A stretch of 64,000 nt of DNA from the IMG/VR virus record IMGVR_UViG_3300037312_000927; one strand, 5' to 3'. The notes under the pieces were generated by a model. It worked only from the letters and a program-made list of their open reading frames with translations, ran no database searches and was not told where the DNA came from. Source of the stretch: a virus. Made by a program: the position numbers and the translations under genes. Within the stretch, counting starts at the first letter, position 1. Each line of letters opens with the position of its first letter. Below are positions 56,594 through 64,000 of the stretch, piece by piece.

Positions 56594-57856
56594 ATGGCAT
56601 CACCCATTAGTAAGCTCCCGCTGAACGAGTTGTATTTAAAGAAAATTACACTTTCCGTAGAAGCGGCTATCCACAAGCTAGAAGATTTCTCCCGGATCAG
56701 CCCTGACTACTGTAAGAATGTGTGCAGGCTTAAATGCAAGAATCCTAGGGGAGCATCATTACTTCAGAGCCAAGAGCTCGACATCCTCATCATTCAAGAT
56801 CATGCAGCGCCGAAGGGTAAGTTCGATCGTACTGATAACGCTCAGGAACTGATACAGAAAGGTATCATTGAGTTCATCTGCCAAAAGGCGGGGTTCCAAG
56901 GGCTTCGGTATCGAATCACCAATTTGCTGAAGTGTGCTCCGAATGATATAGACTTCCCTAAAGGTAAGAGCCCGACGGTCACTGTACTGTCGAAGTGTAA
57001 GCCCTATCTTTTAGCCGAGATCGAGAGGACCAAACCTAAGGTCATCATCAGCCTTAGCACTGCAGTAACCAAGGCACTAGGCTTCAAGAAACACTCGAAT
57101 ACTGGTAACCGTGGTGAATTCGTAGGTAACGTACTGATCACCTTGCACCCTAGAGTGCTGACGATGATTCGTCAAAATGCTAGTGGTAAGCTGTGGGGTA
57201 ACGACTATTTCAACGTCATCAAACGTGACTTTGAAAAGGCTGCAAACATGGCTAGAGGTAAGTTGGTAATTCCTCCGGTGGCAGAAGGCATTGAACGTCA
57301 GCGTAAGAACATCCGTATTACTCGTACTATCGATGACGTCCGCCGTGTTGTAGAGACTATCGCTAATCTCCCTGAGCGTTCGGTTATCAGTATGGATACT
57401 GAGACTAATAGTCTTGATGGGTTGAGTGAAGGTGCGAAGCTACTGACAATACAATTCGGTTGGCGAGACCCCGAAACTAAACAATTTGTAGCAGCAGTGA
57501 TACCGTTGTGGCACAGAGCCAATGATATGTATAGTGCAGATTTGGCGTGGAAGCTGGTCGTGCCGATCCTGCTTAATCCGCGCATACCCAAGGTTTTACA
57601 CAACGCAAAATTCGACATTTTGTTTATCTATCACACTACGGGTGTGAGAGTGGAAGGATTCGAGTTCGACAGTATGTTGCTCGCACATGCCCTTGACTCC
57701 GGAATACAAGGATGTCTATCACTTAAAACAATGGTTTGGGACTGGTTTCCTGAGCTTGGTTTAGGGGGATATGAAGATTTATTGCCGAAACTTACAAAAA
57801 TAAAGAAAACTGACGAAGGATTCGATGAGAGCGATGATGAGGAATTAGATGGCTAG
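56594..57856 (+). CDS. polA: Family A DNA polymerase, N-terminal piece (UDG-like domain plus exonuclease ExoI/II)
   Basis: Family-4 UDG-like ITNLLKCAP...CKPYLLAEI...PKVII...TLHP; SMDTET (ExoI), HNAKFD (ExoII); acidic tail. Confidence 0.85.
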   Translation: MASPISKLPLNELYLKKITLSVEAAIHKLEDFSRISPDYCKNVCRLKCKNPRGASLLQSQELDILIIQDHAAPKGKFDRTDNAQELIQKGIIEFICQKAGFQGLRYRITNLLKCAPNDIDFPKGKSPTVTVLSKCKPYLLAEIERTKPKVIISLSTAVTKALGFKKHSNTGNRGEFVGNVLITLHPRVLTMIRQNASGKLWGNDYFNVIKRDFEKAANMARGKLVIPPVAEGIERQRKNIRITRTIDDVRRVVETIANLPERSVISMDTETNSLDGLSEGAKLLTIQFGWRDPETKQFVAAVIPLWHRANDMYSADLAWKLVVPILLNPRIPKVLHNAKFDILFIYHTTGVRVEGFEFDSMLLAHALDSGIQGCLSLKTMVWDWFPELGLGGYEDLLPKLTKIKKTDEGFDESDDEELDG

Positions 57857-58460
57857 ACCTGTAGAAGACCTTACTGGTCAACGGTTCGGCCGGTTATTAA
57901 TTCTGAGACGTTGCACCGCAGAGAATTACGTCAGACCATACTGGGTATGTAAGTGTGATTGCGGAGCCGAGGTTAGTCGACGAGGTAGTCGAATGATAGC
58001 AGGTCATACTCGTTCGTGTGGATGTCTTCAAAAAGAAGAAGCTGCTACTAAACATAAGACCCATGGGCATGCCTTAGGCAGGCGTTCCCCGACGTACCGG
58101 ACCTGGCAAAGTATGATCACTAGATGCACGAACAAAAATCACCAGGCCTACCATAACTACGGAGGTCGAGGGATTATAGTCTGCGATCGTTGGTTGGATT
58201 TTGAAAATTTCTTAGCAGACATGGGCGAACGTCCGGGTGATAAAACCTTAGATAGAATCAACAATGACGAAGGTTATGGGCCCGGGAATTGTAAATGGTC
58301 TACTAAAGAGGAACAATCCAATAATCAAAGGACTAACGTAATCTTAGTTCATAAAGGAGTTTCTAAAACGCTCACGGAATGGGCGAAGTCCTTGGACATG
58401 AGCGTAGATGTTCTTTGGAAAAGATTCAACATCAGCAAATGGTCTGTAGAAAAACCTTAG
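57849..58460 (+). mobile_element. HNH-type endonuclease gene
   Basis: DLTGQRFGRL, CKCDCG, SCGC, YGGRGI.VC.RW..FENF..DMG, TLDRINND..Y.P.NC.W. Confidence 0.8.
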
Positions 58461-58502
58461 AGACGCCTTGGCAAATAATAGTAAGAAAAGACGATTAAGC
58501 GA

Positions 58503-58703
58503 ATGACCACAATGACTCAAGAACTTGTAGATAAAGTGGTAGAACTTAGACGACGAACAGGACAACCTGCGATACATTGTCGTAAGGCATTAGCTAGATG
58601 CGAATGGGACCTATCTCAGGCAGAGGCCTTCCTAAAGAATTTCGGCTGGGATAGTCACGGGTTTGAACGAGATAGAAGGTGGTTAGATAATGGCGGATAT
58701 TAA
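58503..58703 (+). CDS. EF-Ts N-terminal (UBA-like) domain protein
   Basis: VVELRRRTGQPAIHCRKALARCEWDLSQAEAFL parallels EF-Ts VKELRERTGAGMMDCKKAL..A.GD...A. Confidence 0.7.
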   Translation: MTTMTQELVDKVVELRRRTGQPAIHCRKALARCEWDLSQAEAFLKNFGWDSHGFERDRRWLDNGGY

Positions 58704-58917
58704 ACGATATCAATTAGTTTTGGTCAATGGAAGTATTCCAGAGATGAGAGAACACTTTAAAGGTAGCTACGTTGACTACTTGGAATACGAAAAGTTGGAA
58801 GACGTCAGCAACGCCAAGAGTGCAATGATCGAAATCCTTCGTAGGGAACTTGATCAAATGCGTCGTATGGCAAAAGTTAGGGGATGGGGGTACTTCACGG
58901 AGGCACCGAATGACTAA
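58690..58917 (+). CDS. Hypothetical protein
   Basis: 75 aa, coupled. Confidence 0.6.
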   Translation: MADIKRYQLVLVNGSIPEMREHFKGSYVDYLEYEKLEDVSNAKSAMIEILRRELDQMRRMAKVRGWGYFTEAPND

Positions 58918-59170
58918 GAGTCTCTTAAAGCGGATTCATGTTAACCAACATAACATCCGTGCTAATAAGAAGAATAATAATACCGAGTTGCCGGTGTTTA
59001 CCATCAAGACTTATAAAGAAAATCTGATTGCCAATTCTGTGACAATAGACGGGCCGAGTGTCATGGTTTATAGACCGGATGACCCTCTTAGTTGTGGGGC
59101 ACACTGTTGGCTCGAAACAAGAGCTCCGGTCCAGGTCCATGGCAATGATGGATCTATAAAGGAAGTGTAA
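58850..59170 (+). CDS. Conserved hypothetical phage protein (likely start 58910)
   Basis: RIHVNQHNIRAN...GPS..VY..D.PLSCGAHCWLET. Confidence 0.7.
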   Translation: MIKCVVWQKLGDGGTSRRHRMTKSLLKRIHVNQHNIRANKKNNNTELPVFTIKTYKENLIANSVTIDGPSVMVYRPDDPLSCGAHCWLETRAPVQVHGNDGSIKEV

Positions 59171-60783
59171 TGGCTATTAGAACAACTAAAACAGCACCAA
59201 CTGAACCAGTCAAAGCAGTTTATAAGACGTACGAGGATTTCGAGGCAGAAGAGTTGTATTTATACGCAGGACTTGACTGTATTGTAACCTCGACCCTGCT
59301 GGAACGTATCTTCCCATTCCTAGCTGAAGAGCCCGTGTACTTTGTGCCGGGTAAGGACGGCAGACCGATACCAACTCACTCCAAGAGTATCCTGGAGACG
59401 AATGAAGAGATTACGAAACTGGCCTTTGAGTACATCCTTGACATGGAGATCAACGGCCTGAAGTACGACATAGCTAAAAACCGTGAGATTAAAGCACGGA
59501 TGGAAGCAGAGATCGCTGATCTCGAACGCAAGATTTTTGACAGCGGTAAAGTTCCTCCGAATATAAACTTTGACTCCGGTAAGGAGATGGTTGAACTGCT
59601 GTACGGCCAGTTAAAGTTTGAACCCCCGTCATTCACGGCTTCCGGAGAACCGAGTACTGATGGTGAAGCTTTGCTGACTCTTGCAGGACTGAATCCTCTG
59701 AATCCCCCGAAGGACTATAAAACACCGGATCCAGAGCTTCAGTTCTTGGCGTATCTTGCAAAACGTAAAGATATTAACTCAACCTGTAACACTTTTATCA
59801 GAACGTATGTTGAAGACTTTGTTAAACGTGATGGTAGAATTCATCCGTCATATAATCTCCACGGCACTAGTGGGTTTAGGATCTCTGGTGATAGTCCTAA
59901 TCTTACTCAGCTCCCTCGTCCTAAGCATGGATATAACATACGGGAGTGCTACGGGGTTGATAATGGCAATGTTTTCATAGCATTTGACTTCAGTTCAGCA
60001 GAAGTAAAGATCGTTGCAGCACTGTGCAAAGACCCGGCAATGTTGAAGGCTGTGGAGGAAGGTCGAGACTTCCACTCATCCTCTGCATCGCTTATGATCG
60101 GCGTAGATTATGAAGAAGTAGTGCGGGTCGTCGGTGATAAGAACGATCCGAAGCATAAAGAGTATAAACACTGGAGACAAGTTGCAAAAATATTAACGTT
60201 CTCGCTAATTTATGGCTCATCAGCCGGTGGCATTGCAATGCAGTTGAACGTAAGCAAAGATGAAGCTCAGCGTCTGATGGACCTGTTCTTCAAGGCTTAC
60301 CCGAAAATGCTTGAGTTCATCGATAACGCACACAAGATGGCTACCTGGAATCAACGAGTTGTTACCGAGTTCGGTCAACGTCGTCAAGAGTATGGTACTT
60401 ATAAGTGCTTCGACCGTACGGCTGCCAAGAATGCAGCTCTGCGTAACTCGGCAAACGTCCTTGTTCAATCTGCGACCTCGACCCTTGGTCTTATTGTGTT
60501 TGCTCATCTGAACCGGGCTATCAAGAAGATCGGCGGCAAGGCTATCTGTACCGTGTACGATTCTTGTGAATTTGAAGTGCCACAAGAGAAAGCAGCAGAA
60601 GCGATTGAGCTGTGCTTCTATTACCTCAATGACTTCCCACAGACTATCTTCCCGTGGCTGACACTGCCGATCGGCTGTGATGGTGAACTGGGTCTGAACT
60701 GGGGTGAATGTGAACACGTTAAACGTGGTATCACTCAGGAAGCATGTAACGATATTATCTATGGATTAAGGAACGCAGCATGA
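59170..60783 (+). CDS. polA: Family A DNA polymerase, C-terminal piece (ExoIII plus polymerase domain)
   Basis: YAGLD (ExoIII); motif A FDFSSAEVKI; motif B RQVAKILTFSLIYG; motif C VYDS. Confidence 0.92.
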   Translation: MAIRTTKTAPTEPVKAVYKTYEDFEAEELYLYAGLDCIVTSTLLERIFPFLAEEPVYFVPGKDGRPIPTHSKSILETNEEITKLAFEYILDMEINGLKYDIAKNREIKARMEAEIADLERKIFDSGKVPPNINFDSGKEMVELLYGQLKFEPPSFTASGEPSTDGEALLTLAGLNPLNPPKDYKTPDPELQFLAYLAKRKDINSTCNTFIRTYVEDFVKRDGRIHPSYNLHGTSGFRISGDSPNLTQLPRPKHGYNIRECYGVDNGNVFIAFDFSSAEVKIVAALCKDPAMLKAVEEGRDFHSSSASLMIGVDYEEVVRVVGDKNDPKHKEYKHWRQVAKILTFSLIYGSSAGGIAMQLNVSKDEAQRLMDLFFKAYPKMLEFIDNAHKMATWNQRVVTEFGQRRQEYGTYKCFDRTAAKNAALRNSANVLVQSATSTLGLIVFAHLNRAIKKIGGKAICTVYDSCEFEVPQEKAAEAIELCFYYLNDFPQTIFPWLTLPIGCDGELGLNWGECEHVKRGITQEACNDIIYGLRNAA

Positions 60784-60938
60784 ACAACGAAGATTGGGCG
60801 GAAGCCCTTAAAAATGCGTTTTTTGAAGGGTACAGTAGTTACGCCACCCCAGCTAGTTCCTACAACACCGTAGAGGAAGCTTGGGAAGAAAGCACGACCA
60901 AACACTTCTACGATTCGCTGTTACAAGAAGACGAATGA
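60780..60938 (+). CDS. Small acidic protein (52 aa), not in the ORF track
   Basis: MNNEDWAEALKNAFFEGY...LLQEDE; ATGA overlap with the pol stop. Confidence 0.6.
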   Translation: MNNEDWAEALKNAFFEGYSSYATPASSYNTVEEAWEESTTKHFYDSLLQEDE

Positions 60939-60944
60939 AGTACC

Positions 60945-60967
60945 GAGCCCCTTAACCGGGGCTTTTT
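60945..60967 (+). terminator. Rho-independent terminator
   Basis: GAGCCCC-ttaacc-GGGGCT plus T-run. Confidence 0.75.
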
Positions 60968-61002
60968 GTTTTATAAAACTATAACTAATACAAGAGAATA
61001 AT

Positions 61003-61539
61003 ATGAATCAACAACAACGTAAGTATGTAACCCAACGCGTCAACCAAATCTTTCAAGCCCGTACGGCACGGATCAACCAAGAGTACATGGATAGTGAGTC
61101 CCGGCGCGCCGCTACCCAAGTTCACCCTCAATACCCAAATTATAAAGATATCGTACTTAAGTTGGCGGGATTCGAGTCGCCCGTAGTACTTAAAGCTGAG
61201 GGTACTGAACTTGAAACTCTTATCCGAAATATGGATAATGGAATGCCAACCACCCCTAGACGTCGGGTTCAGCCTAATTTTCAAGGCTTTGTACAGAATG
61301 TGCACTATTATCCAAATCCCACCGGACTACAAACCTTGGTTTACCCCTTGAATCGGGCTGAAGTAGACGCATATGAGGCTGAAATTGAAGCATCCGAACA
61401 ACGTCACAGGACTCATGTCACCGACCGCATCGCTGCGTTAACTCTGGCGTATAACCGGTGCATGGACGCTATCATGCTTGGCGAATACTCGGAGCAAATT
61501 CAAGCCGCAATTCACTCGTTTGAAAATATGGAAGTATGA
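61003..61539 (+). CDS. Hypothetical protein
   Basis: 178 aa. Confidence 0.7.
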   Translation: MNQQQRKYVTQRVNQIFQARTARINQEYMDSESRRAATQVHPQYPNYKDIVLKLAGFESPVVLKAEGTELETLIRNMDNGMPTTPRRRVQPNFQGFVQNVHYYPNPTGLQTLVYPLNRAEVDAYEAEIEASEQRHRTHVTDRIAALTLAYNRCMDAIMLGEYSEQIQAAIHSFENMEV

Positions 61540-61823
61540 TGGAACTTAAGCTATTTAACGAAATTCCCAGAGCATCCATTGAAGGTGTTATATGGGATCC
61601 TGAAGCTTACGAAAAAGATCCTAACTGGGAAACTACGGGGCCGTTCAAACCTGTTATCGAAATCCGAAGTGGACGGTATGTACTCGTTGAAGATCTGGGA
61701 ACTAAGAATGAGTTTATTACTCCTCTGGAACCTGGGTATTTCATAATCCACAGCACGATATTCGGCTATGAAGCCCTTACTCCTAGAGAGTTTGAAAATC
61801 TGTATGTAGAGGCACAGGATTAA
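61536..61823 (+). CDS. Hypothetical protein with a PG(D/Y)xII-like motif
   Basis: 95 aa; LEPGYFII...LTPREFENLY. Confidence 0.65.
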   Translation: MMELKLFNEIPRASIEGVIWDPEAYEKDPNWETTGPFKPVIEIRSGRYVLVEDLGTKNEFITPLEPGYFIIHSTIFGYEALTPREFENLYVEAQD

Positions 61824-61841
61824 TTCAACAAAGTCGTAATC

Positions 61842-61852
61842 TTTGGTATAAT
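61842..61852 (+). promoter_or_regulatory. Class B promoter
   Basis: TTTGGTATAAT. Confidence 0.75.
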
Positions 61853-61857
61853 TAATA

Positions 61858-62200
61858 TAGACACAGAAATATGCTTCCGCTTAGTCCAGTAGGTATATTC
61901 AGCAGAATATGACCGAACACTAGTATCGCAATTTCCTCGTCTTCAGTTTTGGCACGAGAGGTTGTTTACCCTATCAAGTAGTACGTCGGCTCCTAGTGGT
62001 GGAGTGCAGAGAGCTATGAGGTAGAATCGCAATCTTTCACGCCGGTGTTTTAATGTATATAGTAGTAAAAACTACGGGGAGGATGTTACATCCTCCTATC
62101 GTATTTCGGTCGTCTAATACCCTTCGCTGCGCTCAGGTACTGCGAGACCGAGACCCCTGAGGTCCAACGGGATTAAAACACTACCCACCTTTTTTTAACC
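61858..62200 (+). ncRNA. Candidate structured non-coding RNA
   Basis: About 340 nt without an ORF after a promoter; 10-bp long-range stem 62045-62054/62172-62181 enclosing several hairpins; ends in a T-run. Confidence 0.4.
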
Positions 62201-62217
62201 AACGACAGAGAATAAGA

Positions 62218-62508
62218 ATGTCAGAAATCCTTACTTCAGGTCAAAAACTCGTCGCAGACAATACTCCGACCGCAGGAGAGTCCACGAACAGTGACCAGTG
62301 GATCAAAAGCCGTCTGTGCTTCTGCAATGACGATGCCCCTACGGACTGCCGTTTTCATAGCCCTAAAGAAGCGGGCTGGGAACAGTGCCCCAACACCGAA
62401 GCCGGCCGAGCCGGTAAAGCCAAAGGCCGGTGGCTCTGGATGAGAAATCCTAACTTCGGTAAGATCAGCGAAGCAGCTGAAGAATCCCTCCTCGTCGATC
62501 CTGATTAA
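62218..62508 (+). CDS. Small Cys-containing protein
   Basis: 96 aa. Confidence 0.6.
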   Translation: MSEILTSGQKLVADNTPTAGESTNSDQWIKSRLCFCNDDAPTDCRFHSPKEAGWEQCPNTEAGRAGKAKGRWLWMRNPNFGKISEAAEESLLVDPD

Positions 62509-62510
62509 CG

Positions 62511-62678
62511 ATGTCTGGAGATTTTGTTAGCCTGGAAGAATTCATCTCTGAACAGGGTCCGGAATTCCAGGAAGAGTTGAAACGGGTAAAGTTAGAAATG
62601 ATGCAAATGCCTACAGAGAAATATATGGAAATGTTGGAGATATTCTTACCCGTAGGCTTTCGTCCATCTGATCAATAA
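62511..62678 (+). CDS. Small hypothetical protein (55 aa), not in the ORF track
   Basis: MSGDFVSLEEFISEQGPEFQEELKRVKLEMM... Confidence 0.55.
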   Translation: MSGDFVSLEEFISEQGPEFQEELKRVKLEMMQMPTEKYMEMLEIFLPVGFRPSDQ

Positions 62679-62689
62679 CTAGAGTGATT

Positions 62690-62699
62690 TTTGGTATAA
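62690..62699 (+). promoter_or_regulatory. Class B promoter
   Basis: TTTGGTATAA(A). Confidence 0.75.
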
Positions 62700-62752
62700 A
62701 TATAGTAAGCCGAAATATTGGCCTATTTTATAACTTAACTTGAAAGAGAATT

Positions 62753-63247
62753 ATGAAAAACGTCCGCATCAAACTCCTCTTCGCAACCGCTTTCGCTGCA
62801 CTGGCAATGGTCGGCTGCTCCAAGCAGGAAGAAGTGAAAGAGAAGAACCCGGTCGTGCCTGAAGGCCAGCGTATCAGCTTCCAGGTCCTGGAAGATGCAC
62901 GCTCGACCTCCTATGCCAACGGTGTTGTTGTCGCCAAGACCTACGTCCGTGACAATCCGCGCCTGGACGGCATGAACATCGTCGGTCACCCGGACCAGGT
63001 GCAATCGGATACCTGCCCCCAGGGCTCCGGCTGGACCAACGTCTCGGCCATGAAGACGGACACCGACAACCCGGACGCCAAGGGCAAGCCGACCATCATC
63101 AAGGAAAAGCTGATCTGCAGCACTGTGTCGGCCAGCATCGGCTGCTTCCGTGAAGAAGACTTCAAGAAATCGAAGTACTCGGGCCAGGAAGACGCCTGCA
63201 ACGTCCACCTGCCGTTCCCGCTGCCGAAACTGGTCGGCCGTGGTTAA
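62753..63247 (+). CDS. Lipoprotein
   Basis: Lipobox-like AMVG|C after a signal peptide; GC3-rich; several further Cys. Confidence 0.8.
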   Translation: MKNVRIKLLFATAFAALAMVGCSKQEEVKEKNPVVPEGQRISFQVLEDARSTSYANGVVVAKTYVRDNPRLDGMNIVGHPDQVQSDTCPQGSGWTNVSAMKTDTDNPDAKGKPTIIKEKLICSTVSASIGCFREEDFKKSKYSGQEDACNVHLPFPLPKLVGRG

Positions 63248-63270
63248 AAGAGCTTAGGCTCTCAAAGAGG

Positions 63271-63295
63271 AGGTGCCCTAGAGGCACCTTTTTTT
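63271..63295 (+). terminator. Rho-independent terminator
   Basis: AGGTGCC-ctaga-GGCACCT plus T-run. Confidence 0.8.
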
Positions 63296-63398
63296 ACCCT
63301 CAAATTAAGCTATAATAATTACCCGCGTCTATAAAATCGACCGATAGAATTCTAGCAACACCATAATAAATACTATAAAAATAAGAGAATAAGAACTG

Positions 63399-64000
63399 AT
63401 GGAACCGAAACTGAATCAGACGGCTGCAGCCGTTGAAGATGCACTGATCCCGAACATTCTTAAACCTACTGAAAGTCTTAAGGTAGTGTACCCTGAGGCA
63501 ATCGACTTTACCGAAAAACAGCTTAAGGTGTTCTGGCTGCCGGGTGAAGTTAAGGTGGAGAAAGACATTCAGGATATCCGTGTCAACATGACACCTGCCG
63601 AGAGGCATGGCACCCTGACTACCCTAAAGCTGTTTACCTTGTACGAGCTGAAAGCTGGCGCAGAGTATTGGGGAGGTAGATTTAAACAGAGATTCCCGAC
63701 GCATGAACTTCAGCGTATGGCTGCTACGTTCGCAATGTTCGAACTGGCAGTGCACAAGCCGTTCTATGCAAAGATCAATGAACTTCTGTTTTTAGATAAC
63801 GATGATTTCTACGCAGCTTACAAACAGGATCCGGTTCTGAAGGCTCGTATGGACTTTATCGATCAGATCATCGATCATCACGACGATCTGGTTTCGCTGG
63901 GTGGATTCTCTCTTATCGAGGGAGGTATCCTGTATAGTGCATTCGGATTCCTCAAGCATTTCCAGTCGAGGGGCAAAAACAAAGCCCTGAACGTTGTGCG
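63399..64000 (+). CDS. nrdB: Ribonucleotide reductase class I beta subunit (partial; runs off the window)
   Basis: Manual translation: FWLPGEVKVEKD, LFTLYE, ELAVHKPFY, SLIEGGILYSAF. Confidence 0.88.
   Translation, partial: MEPKLNQTAAAVEDALIPNILKPTESLKVVYPEAIDFTEKQLKVFWLPGEVKVEKDIQDIRVNMTPAERHGTLTTLKLFTLYELKAGAEYWGGRFKQRFPTHELQRMAATFAMFELAVHKPFYAKINELLFLDNDDFYAAYKQDPVLKARMDFIDQIIDHHDDLVSLGGFSLIEGGILYSAFGFLKHFQSRGKNKALNVV

Noticed and set aside
57857-59169. Intron or split intein joining the two polA halves
   Set aside because: No P7-like GACUA/UAGUC core, no Cys/Ser start or His-Asn end; the gap is filled by translationally coupled ORFs
63399-64000. NrdB as a class Ic (Mn/Fe) enzyme because the first metal ligand is Glu (LFTLYE)
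   Set aside because: The radical Tyr is retained four residues after the His (HKPFY); I recall this variant in other phage NrdBs, so it is not counted as novel

Overview
This window is a segment of a large lytic tailed dsDNA (jumbo-like) phage genome; no bacterial housekeeping context, rRNA or CRISPR array is visible. The left half (1-30.4 kb, mostly minus strand) is a morphogenesis module: portal, probable prohead protease, many internal head proteins rich in K-x-A motifs, a lytic transglycosylase and a tail-fibre cassette. Interleaved with it are three genes for a bacterial-type multisubunit RNA polymerase cut at unusual points (beta fused to the beta' N-terminus; beta' middle; beta' C-terminal part). 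The right half (30.5-64 kb, mostly plus strand) carries early and replication genes: SNF2-like and DinG-like helicases, dCMP deaminase, guanylate kinase, primase-helicase, HU, a family A DNA polymerase split into two genes, and a partial NrdB. Main unexplained structures: (1) an ORF-less 227-nt group I intron interrupting the phage sigma factor gene, next to a free-standing HNH gene; (2) two ~640-bp internally symmetric, AT-cored elements in inverted orientation ~41 kb apart; (3) a family of probable virion-packaged proteins sharing an N-x-Y-L-E-K-I-A motif and carrying different cargo (ART-like domain, LigD 3'-phosphoesterase, glycine-zipper helices); (4) two promoter classes suggesting a host-sigma to phage-sigma cascade; (5) a candidate structured ncRNA. 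All functional calls come from motifs recognised by eye; no database search was run.
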